From an uncultured Clostridia bacterium (GTDB lineage Bacteria; Bacillota; Clostridia; Oscillospirales; SIG627), in the NCBI GenBank assembly GCA_946645685.1, contig CAMPCJ010000003.1:1-58481 (forward strand): a stretch of 58,481 nucleotides of DNA. The letters run 5' to 3'. A program made the position numbers and the translations under genes. This document shows, in pieces, positions 1 through 8,569 of the stretch. How positions within the stretch are numbered: the first letter of the stretch is position 1; each line of letters starts with the position of its first letter. The notes under the pieces were generated by a model that saw only the letters and a program-made list of their open reading frames with translations, searched no databases and had not been told where the DNA came from.

Positions 1-832
1 GCAGGACGGCATCGTAAATAGTGGCGGAGCAGTGCTTCTTGACGATGAGCCCCTGCTTGTTATACCGGGTCACGGCGGCGGGGGTAAATGTCGAATCCAA
101 AAGTCCGGGGTGGCTGCTGAAGCGCAGGATGAAAATATCCGCCATCCGCTCCGTGGCAAGGCACCAGTTGGGTTTAGATCCCACAGTATAAAGGAATTCT
201 TCCGCGGATTGCAATACGATGGCGCCGTTCGGTTCCCGCTTGTTCACAGGCGTTTCCCAGCGCCAGGTGCCGCCGCCCAGCGGCCAGCAGTGGACAATAT
301 AGTCCTTGCCGTCGCCCAGGGCGTCCCCGATGAACATGATCACGTGCCCCGTTTTACCTTCCGGATCAGCGAGGATGATGTCCCCGGGTCGCATTTCCCT
401 CTTGATCGTTTCCATAAACGCCGCTTTATCGTCTGTCTTATAAGCGTTGGGCATATCAAAATCCGCGTATTTATGCCCGAAGCGGAACAGAAGGCATTCC
501 GCGTAGTTTTTCATGTCGTTGTGAAACTGCCCCGCGTTGAGTCCCGGGACTTCAAAGCCGGTGGCATTGAAGATCACGTCCGCCGCAAAGCTGCGGCAAA
601 CGCCGTAGTAGTTTACGTCGGAGCTGGCAAATTCCGGCGGAAAACTGCCGGTCATAAACAGCGGGCCCTTGGGATGATGGGTCGCGTCCCACAACACCTT
701 GGTCAGGGATGTGGCGGTGTTATACTGGGTGTCGGGATTGGCGTGGACATACGCCAACGCCGTCTCCTGTACCACTTTTTCATATACTTCCCGCCCGGCT
801 TCCCGGACAGTCATACCGAGTTTCAGCTCCAT
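1..832 (-). CDS. NlpC/P60-like (papain-fold) cysteine peptidase/amidase, 3' end runs off the window
   Basis: Not in the ORF track because it has no stop inside the window. Manual translation from ATG 832 (RBS AAAGGAG upstream): MELKLGMTVREAGREVYEKVVQETALAY...YYGVCRSFAADV...MRPGDIIL...GHVIMFIGD...YIVHCWP. This is Cys / PGD / GHV / His in NlpC/P60 order. Confidence 0.65.
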   Translation of the reverse strand, partial: MELKLGMTVREAGREVYEKVVQETALAYVHANPDTQYNTATSLTKVLWDATHHPKGPLFMTGSFPPEFASSDVNYYGVCRSFAADVIFNATGFEVPGLNAGQFHNDMKNYAECLLFRFGHKYADFDMPNAYKTDDKAAFMETIKREMRPGDIILADPEGKTGHVIMFIGDALGDGKDYIVHCWPLGGGTWRWETPVNKREPNGAIVLQSAEEFLYTVGSKPNWCLATERMADIFILRFSSHPGLLDSTFTPAAVTRYNKQGLIVKKHCSATIYDAVL

Positions 833-847
833 CTGTTTCATCTCCTT

Positions 848-1285
848 TTACTCTATGGCGACCAGCCGCACGCCGGTCACACCGCTCAGCCGCGCCAATT
901 CCCGTAGCAAAACGTCCATATCCAGACTCAGATTCTGCGTGTCCAGGGAGAGCAGCACGTGTGCCTTCCCGCCGATGGGCAGGTTCTGGTTGATGGTGAG
1001 AATGTTGGCGCCGCCCTCGGTGAGTTTTTTCAACGTTTCGGAAAGCGCGCCCGCCTTATGCGCCAGATTGAAGGCGATCACCGCTTTCTTGCCCAGGGTG
1101 TCATGATTGGGCGCGAAAATATAGTCCTTGTACTTATAATACGTGGAGCGGGAAATACCCACCCGCCGTACCGCTTCGCTCACGTCCTTCGCCTTTCGGC
1201 TTTCCACCAGATCCCTGGCTTCAATGACTTTTTCATAGTAATCCGGAAGAATGGCTTTATCGATGATCAGATATTTTTCTTTCAT
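848..1285 (-). CDS. ACT-domain protein (UPF0735/PheB-like)
   Basis: N-terminal 'EAVRRVGISRSTYYKYKD' HTH-like motif plus ACT 'HKAGALS...GANILTINQNLP'. Start could be 1285, 1288 or 1297. Confidence 0.9.
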   Translation of the reverse strand: MKEKYLIIDKAILPDYYEKVIEARDLVESRKAKDVSEAVRRVGISRSTYYKYKDYIFAPNHDTLGKKAVIAFNLAHKAGALSETLKKLTEGGANILTINQNLPIGGKAHVLLSLDTQNLSLDMDVLLRELARLSGVTGVRLVAIE

Positions 1286-1380
1286 GATGCGCCTCACTTA
1301 TTCTTTCGTATTTGGCTATTTTCACTCTACCGTATCCTGCGAAAAAAGTCAACCGAATTCGCGGATTTTCTGTAAAAAAA

Positions 1381-1397
1381 GTCCGTAATTTACGGAC
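1381..1397. promoter_or_regulatory. Perfect palindrome GTCCGTAA-T-TTACGGAC, possible operator
   Basis: 8-bp inverted repeat in the divergent intergenic region between the ACT gene and malic enzyme. Confidence 0.35.
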
Positions 1398-1588
1398 GAA
1401 TGAGCGGCATTCCTCTCCGTGGATTTATCTGTTTTACAAAAAAATGATAATTAAAATAATAATACAGTGAAAATATTTTAACCAACCCCTTGCAATGGAA
1501 GAGAAAAAATAGTAAAATAATGCGATGAAATTAAAATTGCAAAGGCGAAATCGCTTCGCCTGCGTAATAGGAAAAGGAGAAAAAGAGA

Positions 1589-2761
1589 ATGGATTACGCA
1601 AAAGAATCATTGAAGAAGCATTACGAATGGAAGGGAAAGATCGAAGTCATCGCCCGTCCCGCGCTTGTGACCCGCGACGACCTGTCCCTCGCTTATACCC
1701 CCGGTGTTGCCCAGCCATGCCTGGAGATCCAGAAGGATTATAACAAGAGCTTTGAACTTACCCGCCGCGGCAATCTGGTCGCCGTTGTGACCGACGGTAC
1801 CGCCGTTCTCGGACTGGGGGATATCGGACCTGAAGCCGGTATGCCCGTTATGGAAGGCAAGTGCGCTCTGTTTAAAGCTTTCGGCGACGTGGACGCCATC
1901 CCGCTGTGCGTGAGAAGCAAGGACGTGGATGAGATCGTCAAGACCATCGCTCTCATTTCCGGCTCCTTCGGCGGCATCAACCTGGAGGACATTGCCGCTC
2001 CCAGATGCTTTGAGATCGAAGAAAGATTGAAGAAGGAGACTGATATCCCGATCTTCCACGACGACCAGCACGGTACCGCCGTTGTGGCGCTCGCCGCTTT
2101 GATCAATGCGCTCAAAGTCGTGAAGAAGGATATCAAGAACGTTCGCTGCGTGATCAGCGGCGCGGGCGCTGCCGGCGCTGCCATCGGCAAGATCCTGCTT
2201 CTGGCTGGTCTGAAGGATCTCATCATCTGCGATCGCAAAGGCATCATCAATGAGGAAGATCCTTCCCTGTCTCCCGCGAAGATGGAGCTGGCGAAGATCA
2301 CCAACCGCGGTCACCTCTCCGGCACTCTGGCGGACGCCTTGAAGGGCGCCGACGTGTTCATCGGTGTATCCGCGCCCGGTCTGGTCACCGAGGAAATGGT
2401 GAAGTCCATGGCGCCCGGCGCCATCCTCTTCCCCATGGCGAACCCCGTTCCGGAGATCATGCCCGACCTGGCGCTGAAAGCCGGCGCCGCCGTTGTGGGG
2501 ACCGGTCGCAGTGACTTCCCCAACCAGATCAACAACGTGCTTGCGTTCCCGGGCATCTTCCGCGGCGCGCTGGACGTTCGCGCTTCCGATATCAATATCG
2601 AAATGCAGCTGGCGGCGGCTTACGCCATTGCCGGTTATATCAAGCCGGAGGATGTTTCCGCGACCAACATCATCCCCTCCGCGCTGGATAAGAGCGTTAC
2701 CCGCGCTGTGGCGGACGCTGTTGCGAAGGCTGCCAGGGAATCCGGCGTAGCCCGCATCTGA
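1589..2761 (+). CDS. NAD(P)-dependent malic enzyme
   Basis: LSLAYTPGVA, VTDGTAVLGLGDIG, INLEDI, FHDDQHGT, GAGAAG and DFPNQINN motifs. Confidence 0.97.
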   Translation: MDYAKESLKKHYEWKGKIEVIARPALVTRDDLSLAYTPGVAQPCLEIQKDYNKSFELTRRGNLVAVVTDGTAVLGLGDIGPEAGMPVMEGKCALFKAFGDVDAIPLCVRSKDVDEIVKTIALISGSFGGINLEDIAAPRCFEIEERLKKETDIPIFHDDQHGTAVVALAALINALKVVKKDIKNVRCVISGAGAAGAAIGKILLLAGLKDLIICDRKGIINEEDPSLSPAKMELAKITNRGHLSGTLADALKGADVFIGVSAPGLVTEEMVKSMAPGAILFPMANPVPEIMPDLALKAGAAVVGTGRSDFPNQINNVLAFPGIFRGALDVRASDINIEMQLAAAYAIAGYIKPEDVSATNIIPSALDKSVTRAVADAVAKAARESGVARI

Positions 2762-2767
2762 CAAGTC

Positions 2768-2805
2768 AAAAAAAGAACAGACACGAGAGTGTCTGTTCTT
2801 TTTTT
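2768..2805. terminator. Bidirectional intrinsic terminator
   Basis: AAAAAAAGAACAGACAC-gaga-GTGTCTGTTCTTTTTTT between convergent genes. Confidence 0.9.
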
Positions 2806-2811
2806 GCGTCA

Positions 2812-3021
2812 TTATAGATCTTTCTTTGCCAGATCGGCAAGGGACGACAGATCCGGCAGCAGGGGAGGGCTGACCTTGATTTTCAGCGGGTCAAAACAAA
2901 ACTTCCGGCAAACGTCTTCAGGCGACACGATACCGCGAATGCGGCAAATACAAGAATCGCCGCCGTTAATGATCTCGGCGTATTCGCAAAGATCGCACTG
3001 GGCGTCCTGTCTTCTTTTCAT
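2812..3021 (-). CDS. Small Cys-rich hypothetical protein
   Basis: GGAGG RBS; CxxC...CxC...C..FCFDPLK pattern. Confidence 0.7.
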   Translation of the reverse strand: MKRRQDAQCDLCEYAEIINGGDSCICRIRGIVSPEDVCRKFCFDPLKIKVSPPLLPDLSSLADLAKKDL

Positions 3022-3066
3022 ATCGTCACCTCCCTCTTTCCCCATTTTACAGGAAAAGAAGCTATT

Positions 3067-3909
3067 TTACAAGAGTTTTTTCAGAAGAAGGGAGAAAAGC
3101 GTCAAGACCAGGGCGAACAGGATCCTGCCGGCGAAGTAATACTTCATGCTCAGATGCGCCTGTTTGATGGGCAGCGCGCTTTGCAGAAACACGGAGAGCC
3201 CCGCCCATCCGATCCCGGCGCCGCATAAAGGCAAGGCAAGGGAATAGGGAAGGGCAGCGACTTTATCCAATCCGCCGGTGATCTCGAAAAACAGCGCGGC
3301 GACCGCCCCGCCCACAGGCCCGATCCCGGGAAACAGAGGCAGCAGAAGAGACGATAGACAGGAAAAAAAGAGGATACAGCCGGCGATGGACAAAAAACTC
3401 TGGGAGGCGCCTTTTACGGCTTCGTGCAGGGGAACGGGTGTTCCCGAAAAAACACACGTCTCCCGGGGAACGAGGAAAAGAAAAAGCAACAGGGCGGTAA
3501 GGCTTTGGACGGCGTACAGGAAAACGGCGGCACGGACGTCTCTCAGCACCGTTTTGCCAACGTACCCGATCAGAAAAGAAGGCCCCGTGTTACAGCAGCA
3601 AAGAAGCATCCGGTTTGCGCCTTTTTCGGAAACAGACCCGCATCGGCGCATTTTGCTGATGGTTACGGCGCCAACGGGAAATCCGCAGGTCAAGCCTAAA
3701 AGCAACGGGAGGAACCTGCCGGCGGGCAGCTCCGAAGACGCCAAAAGATTGGAAAGAACAAGCGCGGGAAATAAAGCCGGGAGAGCGCCGCGGCAGGCAA
3801 GGACCGCGCCGTCCCAAACGCCCATTGCGGCACGGTCGGCATAGAAAAGCGTCAGGATCAGCATAATAAACGGCGGCGCAACGCGGACGCACCTTTTGAG
3901 AAAAGTCAT
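3067..3909 (-). CDS. ylbJ: Sporulation integral membrane protein YlbJ-like
   Basis: PALFP, GLTCGFPVGA, CNTGPSFLIGYVG, FEITGG and GLSVFLQ motifs; hydrophobic; divergent from yqfC. Confidence 0.8.
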   Translation of the reverse strand: MTFLKRCVRVAPPFIMLILTLFYADRAAMGVWDGAVLACRGALPALFPALVLSNLLASSELPAGRFLPLLLGLTCGFPVGAVTISKMRRCGSVSEKGANRMLLCCCNTGPSFLIGYVGKTVLRDVRAAVFLYAVQSLTALLLFLFLVPRETCVFSGTPVPLHEAVKGASQSFLSIAGCILFFSCLSSLLLPLFPGIGPVGGAVAALFFEITGGLDKVAALPYSLALPLCGAGIGWAGLSVFLQSALPIKQAHLSMKYYFAGRILFALVLTLFSLLLKKLL

Positions 3910-3956
3910 ATTCCACCCCTTTCGGCATATCTTATGCGTGATCGCACAAGCTATTC
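3906..3956. promoter_or_regulatory. Overlapping divergent sigmaE-type promoters (yqfC on +, ylbJ on -)
   Basis: + strand TCATATT-N13-CATATCTT; - strand GAATA-N15-CATAAGAT. Confidence 0.55.
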
Positions 3957-3969
3957 CGACGGAGGCTCT

Positions 3970-4218
3970 ATGAAACTGAAACGACTCCTGAAACCCGACA
4001 AAGCACCATCCTCCGACCAGATCATCCTGCAAAGCGGGAAACGCCTGGTCATGGAAAATTGCAAGAAAGTGATTTATTGCGATACAGAGCGCATCTCTGC
4101 TTTGGGGAAAGTCAAGGTGGAAATATGCGGGAGAAATCTGCGCCTTTTGGAACTCGGGAATGATAACGTGGAGATTCGCGGGCAGATCAACAGCATCCTT
4201 TTGGGAGATAGATCGTGA
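3970..4218 (+). CDS. yqfC: YqfC/YabP-family sporulation protein
   Basis: GGAGG RBS; 'ENCKKVIYC...ICGRNL..L....VEIRGQINSI'; directly upstream of yqfD. Confidence 0.8.
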   Translation: MKLKRLLKPDKAPSSDQIILQSGKRLVMENCKKVIYCDTERISALGKVKVEICGRNLRLLELGNDNVEIRGQINSILLGDRS

Positions 4219-5396
4219 CGCTCCTGTCCCTTATCCTGGGCAGCGTGCGGATCCGTCTGGTCTCGCCGCGCCCGGAACGTTTGGTCAATGCGGCGCACAG
4301 GATCAATCTGCCCTTCCGCAAGCTTGTGATGACGGAACGGGAGGCTTCTTTTGAGATCCTGCTCTTCAGGCTTTCACGCCTGAGACCGTTTCTGGAAACC
4401 GTTTCTCTTGCGGAAGAAGTGACCCTGGAGGAAAAAGGACTTCCCCCCCTGCTCAGGCGCTATCGAAAACGCTTTGGCTTTTTTGCGGGAATTGCGGTAT
4501 TTGCCGTTTCCCTCCTCCTCGCAAACTGTTTTGTTTGGGGCGTGGATCTATCCGGCAGCGCCCGGGAGCCGGAGGAAGTCTTTGCCGCCCTTTCGGAAGC
4601 GGGGCTTGCCCCGGGAGTCTGGAGCAGAGATATGGATACGGACGCCATCGCCCGAAAATTCCTCATTCTACACCCGGAATACGCCTATTGCGGCATCCGC
4701 CTGGTGGGAATGCGGGCGCTGGTTGAACTGCGTGACGCCGAGATCCTCGAGAAGCATGATATAAACGACGGCTATTCCAATATGATCGCCGGGGGAAGCG
4801 GACGGGTGGTGCGCTGTGAGGTGATGAATGGCGAAGCCTGCGTCAAACCGGGCGATCTGGTACAAAAGGGCGATCTCCTCATCAGCGGCATCCGCAAAAC
4901 GGAAAACGGCTCCTTCCGTCCTGCCCGCGCCCGGGGAAGGGTCTTCTGTGAGGCACAGGAGGCTTTCGAGACCTTTGTCCCCTTTTCGGAGACCGAAACG
5001 GTTTTGACCGGCAGGGAAGCGAGTGTGACTTCCTACTACCTTCTGGGAAAAAAACTGTTTTCTTTCGGCGCCGCCGATCCTTTTCCCCTTTCGGAGCGCA
5101 GCGTCTTTTTTGAGCCGGTGCGTTTTGGGGGGATCACCCTTCCCCTTTACCGGGAAACGGCATCGTTTGCGGAAAAGCTTGAAAAAACCGTACAACTAAA
5201 TATTGACAGAGCAAGGGATATCGCGTATGATAGATATACAATATATAGAAATGAAGATATATGTCAAAACGGTGAGATAAAGGCGGAAGATTTTCTGTGG
5301 GAAGAGCGGGAAGACGGGGTATATTTACTCGTCAAGCTTTTCACCGTCAGGGATCTTTGCCGGGAAGTACCGTTTACCGTTCTATCGGACTCGTAA
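4215..5396 (+). CDS. yqfD: Sporulation protein YqfD
   Basis: ERLVN, TM segment after KGLP, 'VKPGDLVQKGDLLISG...ARGRV'; yqfC-yqfD-phoH synteny. Confidence 0.88.
   Translation: MTLLSLILGSVRIRLVSPRPERLVNAAHRINLPFRKLVMTEREASFEILLFRLSRLRPFLETVSLAEEVTLEEKGLPPLLRRYRKRFGFFAGIAVFAVSLLLANCFVWGVDLSGSAREPEEVFAALSEAGLAPGVWSRDMDTDAIARKFLILHPEYAYCGIRLVGMRALVELRDAEILEKHDINDGYSNMIAGGSGRVVRCEVMNGEACVKPGDLVQKGDLLISGIRKTENGSFRPARARGRVFCEAQEAFETFVPFSETETVLTGREASVTSYYLLGKKLFSFGAADPFPLSERSVFFEPVRFGGITLPLYRETASFAEKLEKTVQLNIDRARDIAYDRYTIYRNEDICQNGEIKAEDFLWEEREDGVYLLVKLFTVRDLCREVPFTVLSDS
5203..5231 (+). promoter_or_regulatory. sigmaA-type promoter inside yqfD, probably driving phoH-ybeY-era-recO-mutS2
   Basis: TTGACA-17 bp-TATGAT in a locally AT-rich patch. 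Confidence 0.7.
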
Positions 5397-5411
5397 ACGA
5401 AAAGGAGTTTT

Positions 5412-6401
5412 ATGTCGGGAAAAACAGAAAAGATCCTGGAGATCCAGGGAACAGAAAGGATCGCCGATATTTTCGGCGCGTTCGATTCCAACGCGGAGCG
5501 GATCGAAAAGGAATTTGACGTGGTACTGTTCAGCCGGGACGGGGAGATCCGTGTGTCCGGGGAAAAGGAAAACGTGGAGCAGGCGGCGAAGGTCATCCAT
5601 TATCTGGAGAAGCTCTCCGCCCTCTCCGGTGTTCTGTCGGAGCAGAACGTGGCGTATGCCATTACCGCCGTGCGGGACGGTATGGAGCAGGATGCGGAAA
5701 AACTCATTGGCGACACCGTCTGCATCACGGCGAAGGGCAAGCCCATCAAGCCCAAGACCATCGGGCAGAAAAACTTCGTGGAGTGCATTCGGAAGCACAC
5801 CGTCACCTTCGGCGTGGGACCCGCCGGAACGGGCAAGACCTTCCTGGCGGTAGCGATGGCAACCCTGGCGCTGCGGAAAAAAGAAGTTTCCCGCATCGTC
5901 ATCACCCGTCCCGCCGTGGAAGCGGGAGAACGCCTGGGCTTTTTGCCCGGGGATCTGCAAAGCAAGATCGACCCCTATCTCCGACCCCTTTACGACGCCC
6001 TGTATGAAATGCTGGGCGGCGAAAATTATCAACGGCTGGTGGAAAAAGGCTCCATCGAGGTGGCGCCTCTGGCGTATATGCGCGGGCGCACGCTGGACGA
6101 TTCCTTCATCATCCTGGATGAAGCGCAGAACACCACCCACGAGCAGATGAAAATGTTCCTTACCCGCCTGGGCAACGGAAGCAAGATGGTGGTCAACGGA
6201 GACGTGACGCAGATCGACCTGCCCGGCGGCACTCCTTCCGGACTCATTCAGGCGTTGAAGATCTGCGAGGGCATCGAAGGCGTGGGCGTTTCCCGCCTCA
6301 CCTCCAAGGACGTGGTGCGGAACACCATCGTGTCCCGCATTGTGGAAGCGTATGAAAAAGCGCAGAAGGGGTCAAATCATGAATCATCGCATCGCCGTTG
6401 A
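5412..6401 (+). CDS. phoH: PhoH-family ATPase
   Basis: GPAGTGKT, RPAVEAGERLGFLPG, YMRGRT, LDEAQN. Confidence 0.97.
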   Translation: MSGKTEKILEIQGTERIADIFGAFDSNAERIEKEFDVVLFSRDGEIRVSGEKENVEQAAKVIHYLEKLSALSGVLSEQNVAYAITAVRDGMEQDAEKLIGDTVCITAKGKPIKPKTIGQKNFVECIRKHTVTFGVGPAGTGKTFLAVAMATLALRKKEVSRIVITRPAVEAGERLGFLPGDLQSKIDPYLRPLYDALYEMLGGENYQRLVEKGSIEVAPLAYMRGRTLDDSFIILDEAQNTTHEQMKMFLTRLGNGSKMVVNGDVTQIDLPGGTPSGLIQALKICEGIEGVGVSRLTSKDVVRNTIVSRIVEAYEKAQKGSNHESSHRR

Positions 6402-6861
6402 AAACGAACAGACCGAGGTCAGAATGAGTCGGGGATATAAAGGCGCCGTCCGCAAAGCCGCTCTCGCCACTCTCGTGGCGGAGGGCTTTCCCTATCGGGC
6501 GTCCCTTGCGGTTTCCCTGGTAGAGAAGGAGGAGATACGCCGTCTCAACCGGGAATTTCGGGATGTGGATCGTCCCACGGACGTTCTCTCATTCCCCTTG
6601 CTGGAGGATCCCTTCCATCCGGAGAAGTCGGACGTATTCCGTGGCTGCGTGACCTTGGGCGACGTGATCGTCTGTCCCGGTGTGATCGTTTCCCAGGCAA
6701 AAGAGGCGGGCGTATCCTTCCGGGAGGAGCTTTCCCGGATGGTCATCCATTCCGTCCTGCACCTTTTGGGGAGGGATCACGCGGAACCGGAAGAAGAAAA
6801 AGCAATGTTCTCTCTGCAGGAGGCGATCCTTCGGGACGTGATGCAGCCAGAACGTACATAA
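6379..6861 (+). CDS. ybeY: rRNA maturation endoribonuclease YbeY
   Basis: PTDVLSFP and HSVLHLLGRDH. Confidence 0.95.
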   Translation: MNHRIAVENEQTEVRMSRGYKGAVRKAALATLVAEGFPYRASLAVSLVEKEEIRRLNREFRDVDRPTDVLSFPLLEDPFHPEKSDVFRGCVTLGDVIVCPGVIVSQAKEAGVSFREELSRMVIHSVLHLLGRDHAEPEEEKAMFSLQEAILRDVMQPERT

Positions 6862-6873
6862 CAGGAGAAAACA

Positions 6874-7770
6874 ATGGACCAAACGCAAAAAGTCGGATTT
6901 ATTGCCATCGTGGGTCGCCCCAACGTGGGAAAAAGCACCCTGCTCAATACGCTTTTGGGTGAAAAGATCGCGGCGGTTTCCCGGAAACCGCAAACCACCC
7001 GCACCGCCATCACCGGCATCCTGACCCGGGGCGCTGATCAATATGTCTTTCTGGACACCCCAGGCGTTCATAAGCCCCGCACGAAGCTGGGCAGTGCCAT
7101 GATGAAGTCCGTTGGCACCGCCACCGCCGACGTGTGCGCCGTTCTGCTTCTGGTGGAGCCGGTGATGCAGATACATCCCACGGAACAGGAATTGATCAAA
7201 AAGTTTTCCAAAGCCCGCGTTCCCATGATCCTGATCATCAACAAGACCGACGTGCATACGCCCGAGGAGATCATCCGCACCATCGACGTTTTCCGGCAGG
7301 AGGCGGATTTTGCCGCCGTCATCCCGCTGTCCGCCAAGACCGGGGACGGCGTGGATATCATCTTTGATGAGGTGGAGCCTCTTCTGGAGGAAGGCGCCTG
7401 GTTTTTCCCGTCGGATATGATCACCGACGTTCCAGAGCGCACCATCGCCGCCGAGGTCATTCGGGAAAAACTGCTCAGACTTTTGGATCAGGAAGTTCCC
7501 CACGGCACCGCCGTTACCATCGAGGATTTCAAAGAGTCCGATCAGCGGATCGATATCCGGGCGGAGATCTTCTGTGAAAAAGCGGGGCATAAGCGGATCA
7601 TCATCGGCAAGGGCGGCAGTATGCTGAAGAAGATCGGTACCTACGCCCGGGAAGACCTGGAGGCGTTTTTCGGCGTTCACGTGAACCTGGATCTGTGGGT
7701 CAAGGTCAAGGAGAATTGGCGGGACAACGATTCTTTGATCGCCTCTTTCGGCCTCAGCCACAAGGATTGA
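6874..7770 (+). CDS. era: GTPase Era
   Basis: GRPNVGKST, PQTTR, DTPG, NKTD and a KH domain (IIIGKGG). Confidence 0.97.
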   Translation: MDQTQKVGFIAIVGRPNVGKSTLLNTLLGEKIAAVSRKPQTTRTAITGILTRGADQYVFLDTPGVHKPRTKLGSAMMKSVGTATADVCAVLLLVEPVMQIHPTEQELIKKFSKARVPMILIINKTDVHTPEEIIRTIDVFRQEADFAAVIPLSAKTGDGVDIIFDEVEPLLEEGAWFFPSDMITDVPERTIAAEVIREKLLRLLDQEVPHGTAVTIEDFKESDQRIDIRAEIFCEKAGHKRIIIGKGGSMLKKIGTYAREDLEAFFGVHVNLDLWVKVKENWRDNDSLIASFGLSHKD

Positions 7771-7771
7771 T

Positions 7772-8569
7772 ATGGAAAAAAAGGTGAAGGGGCTTGTTCT
7801 CCGTTCTACGCAGTACGGGGATTATGATAAGCTCGTTACCGTTTTGACAGAAGAAGGCAAACTGTTTTTCAAAGCCCGGGGCATTCGCTCCATCACCAGC
7901 AAAAACGCCGCCGGGTGCGCCCCCTTCGTCTTTTCCGAGTTTCAGATCGAACAGCGGGGAGACAAAAACTATCTGAAACGGGCGCAACCTCTGTTCACCA
8001 CCGTTCGGCAAGGGTGCGACGTGGTCACTCTGGCGTTGGCTTCCTTTATGTGCGAGGTCGCGGAGGACGCGGCGCTGGACGCGGAGACCGGGAAAAGCGT
8101 TTTGAAGATCGTGATGAACGCGCTCTTCATCCTGGCAAAGGAAGACCGACCGGCGGATCTGGTCTGCTCGGTCTTTGAGTTTCGCCTGCTGGCGTCGTTG
8201 GGACAAATGCCTCTGTTTGACGCCTGCGCCCGCTGCGGAAGCGCCTTTGACGATGACGAGATCCTTTATATGCGCCTGGGGGAGGGTGATTTTATTTGTC
8301 CTGCGTGTTTCACCGGCAGGGACGAAAACGTTCGTCGGATCTCCCGAGACGTGTATTATCTGGCGCGGCGCAGCGTTTCCGCTCCCGAGAAGGAAGCCTA
8401 CGCTTTGAAAATGCCCCCGGCGGTGCTGAAGGAATTCGCTCAGTTGGCGGAGCGGTATTTTCTGTTTCAGATGGAGCGGAATTATAACAGTCTGAAATTC
8501 TACCATGAGGTCAAGCGCCTTCCGGAAGACGTAAAAAAGGAAATAGAAAAGAAAGATGATACCGTTTGA
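7772..8569 (+). CDS. recO: DNA repair protein RecO
   Basis: N-terminal OB fold 'GLVLRSTQYGDYDKLVTVLT', CxxC...CxxC zinc finger; follows era. Confidence 0.92.
   Translation: MEKKVKGLVLRSTQYGDYDKLVTVLTEEGKLFFKARGIRSITSKNAAGCAPFVFSEFQIEQRGDKNYLKRAQPLFTTVRQGCDVVTLALASFMCEVAEDAALDAETGKSVLKIVMNALFILAKEDRPADLVCSVFEFRLLASLGQMPLFDACARCGSAFDDDEILYMRLGEGDFICPACFTGRDENVRRISRDVYYLARRSVSAPEKEAYALKMPPAVLKEFAQLAERYFLFQMERNYNSLKFYHEVKRLPEDVKKEIEKKDDTV

Noticed and set aside
32-907. 291-aa + strand ORF
   Set aside because: Antisense shadow of the minus-strand NlpC/P60-like gene, which has an RBS and family motifs.
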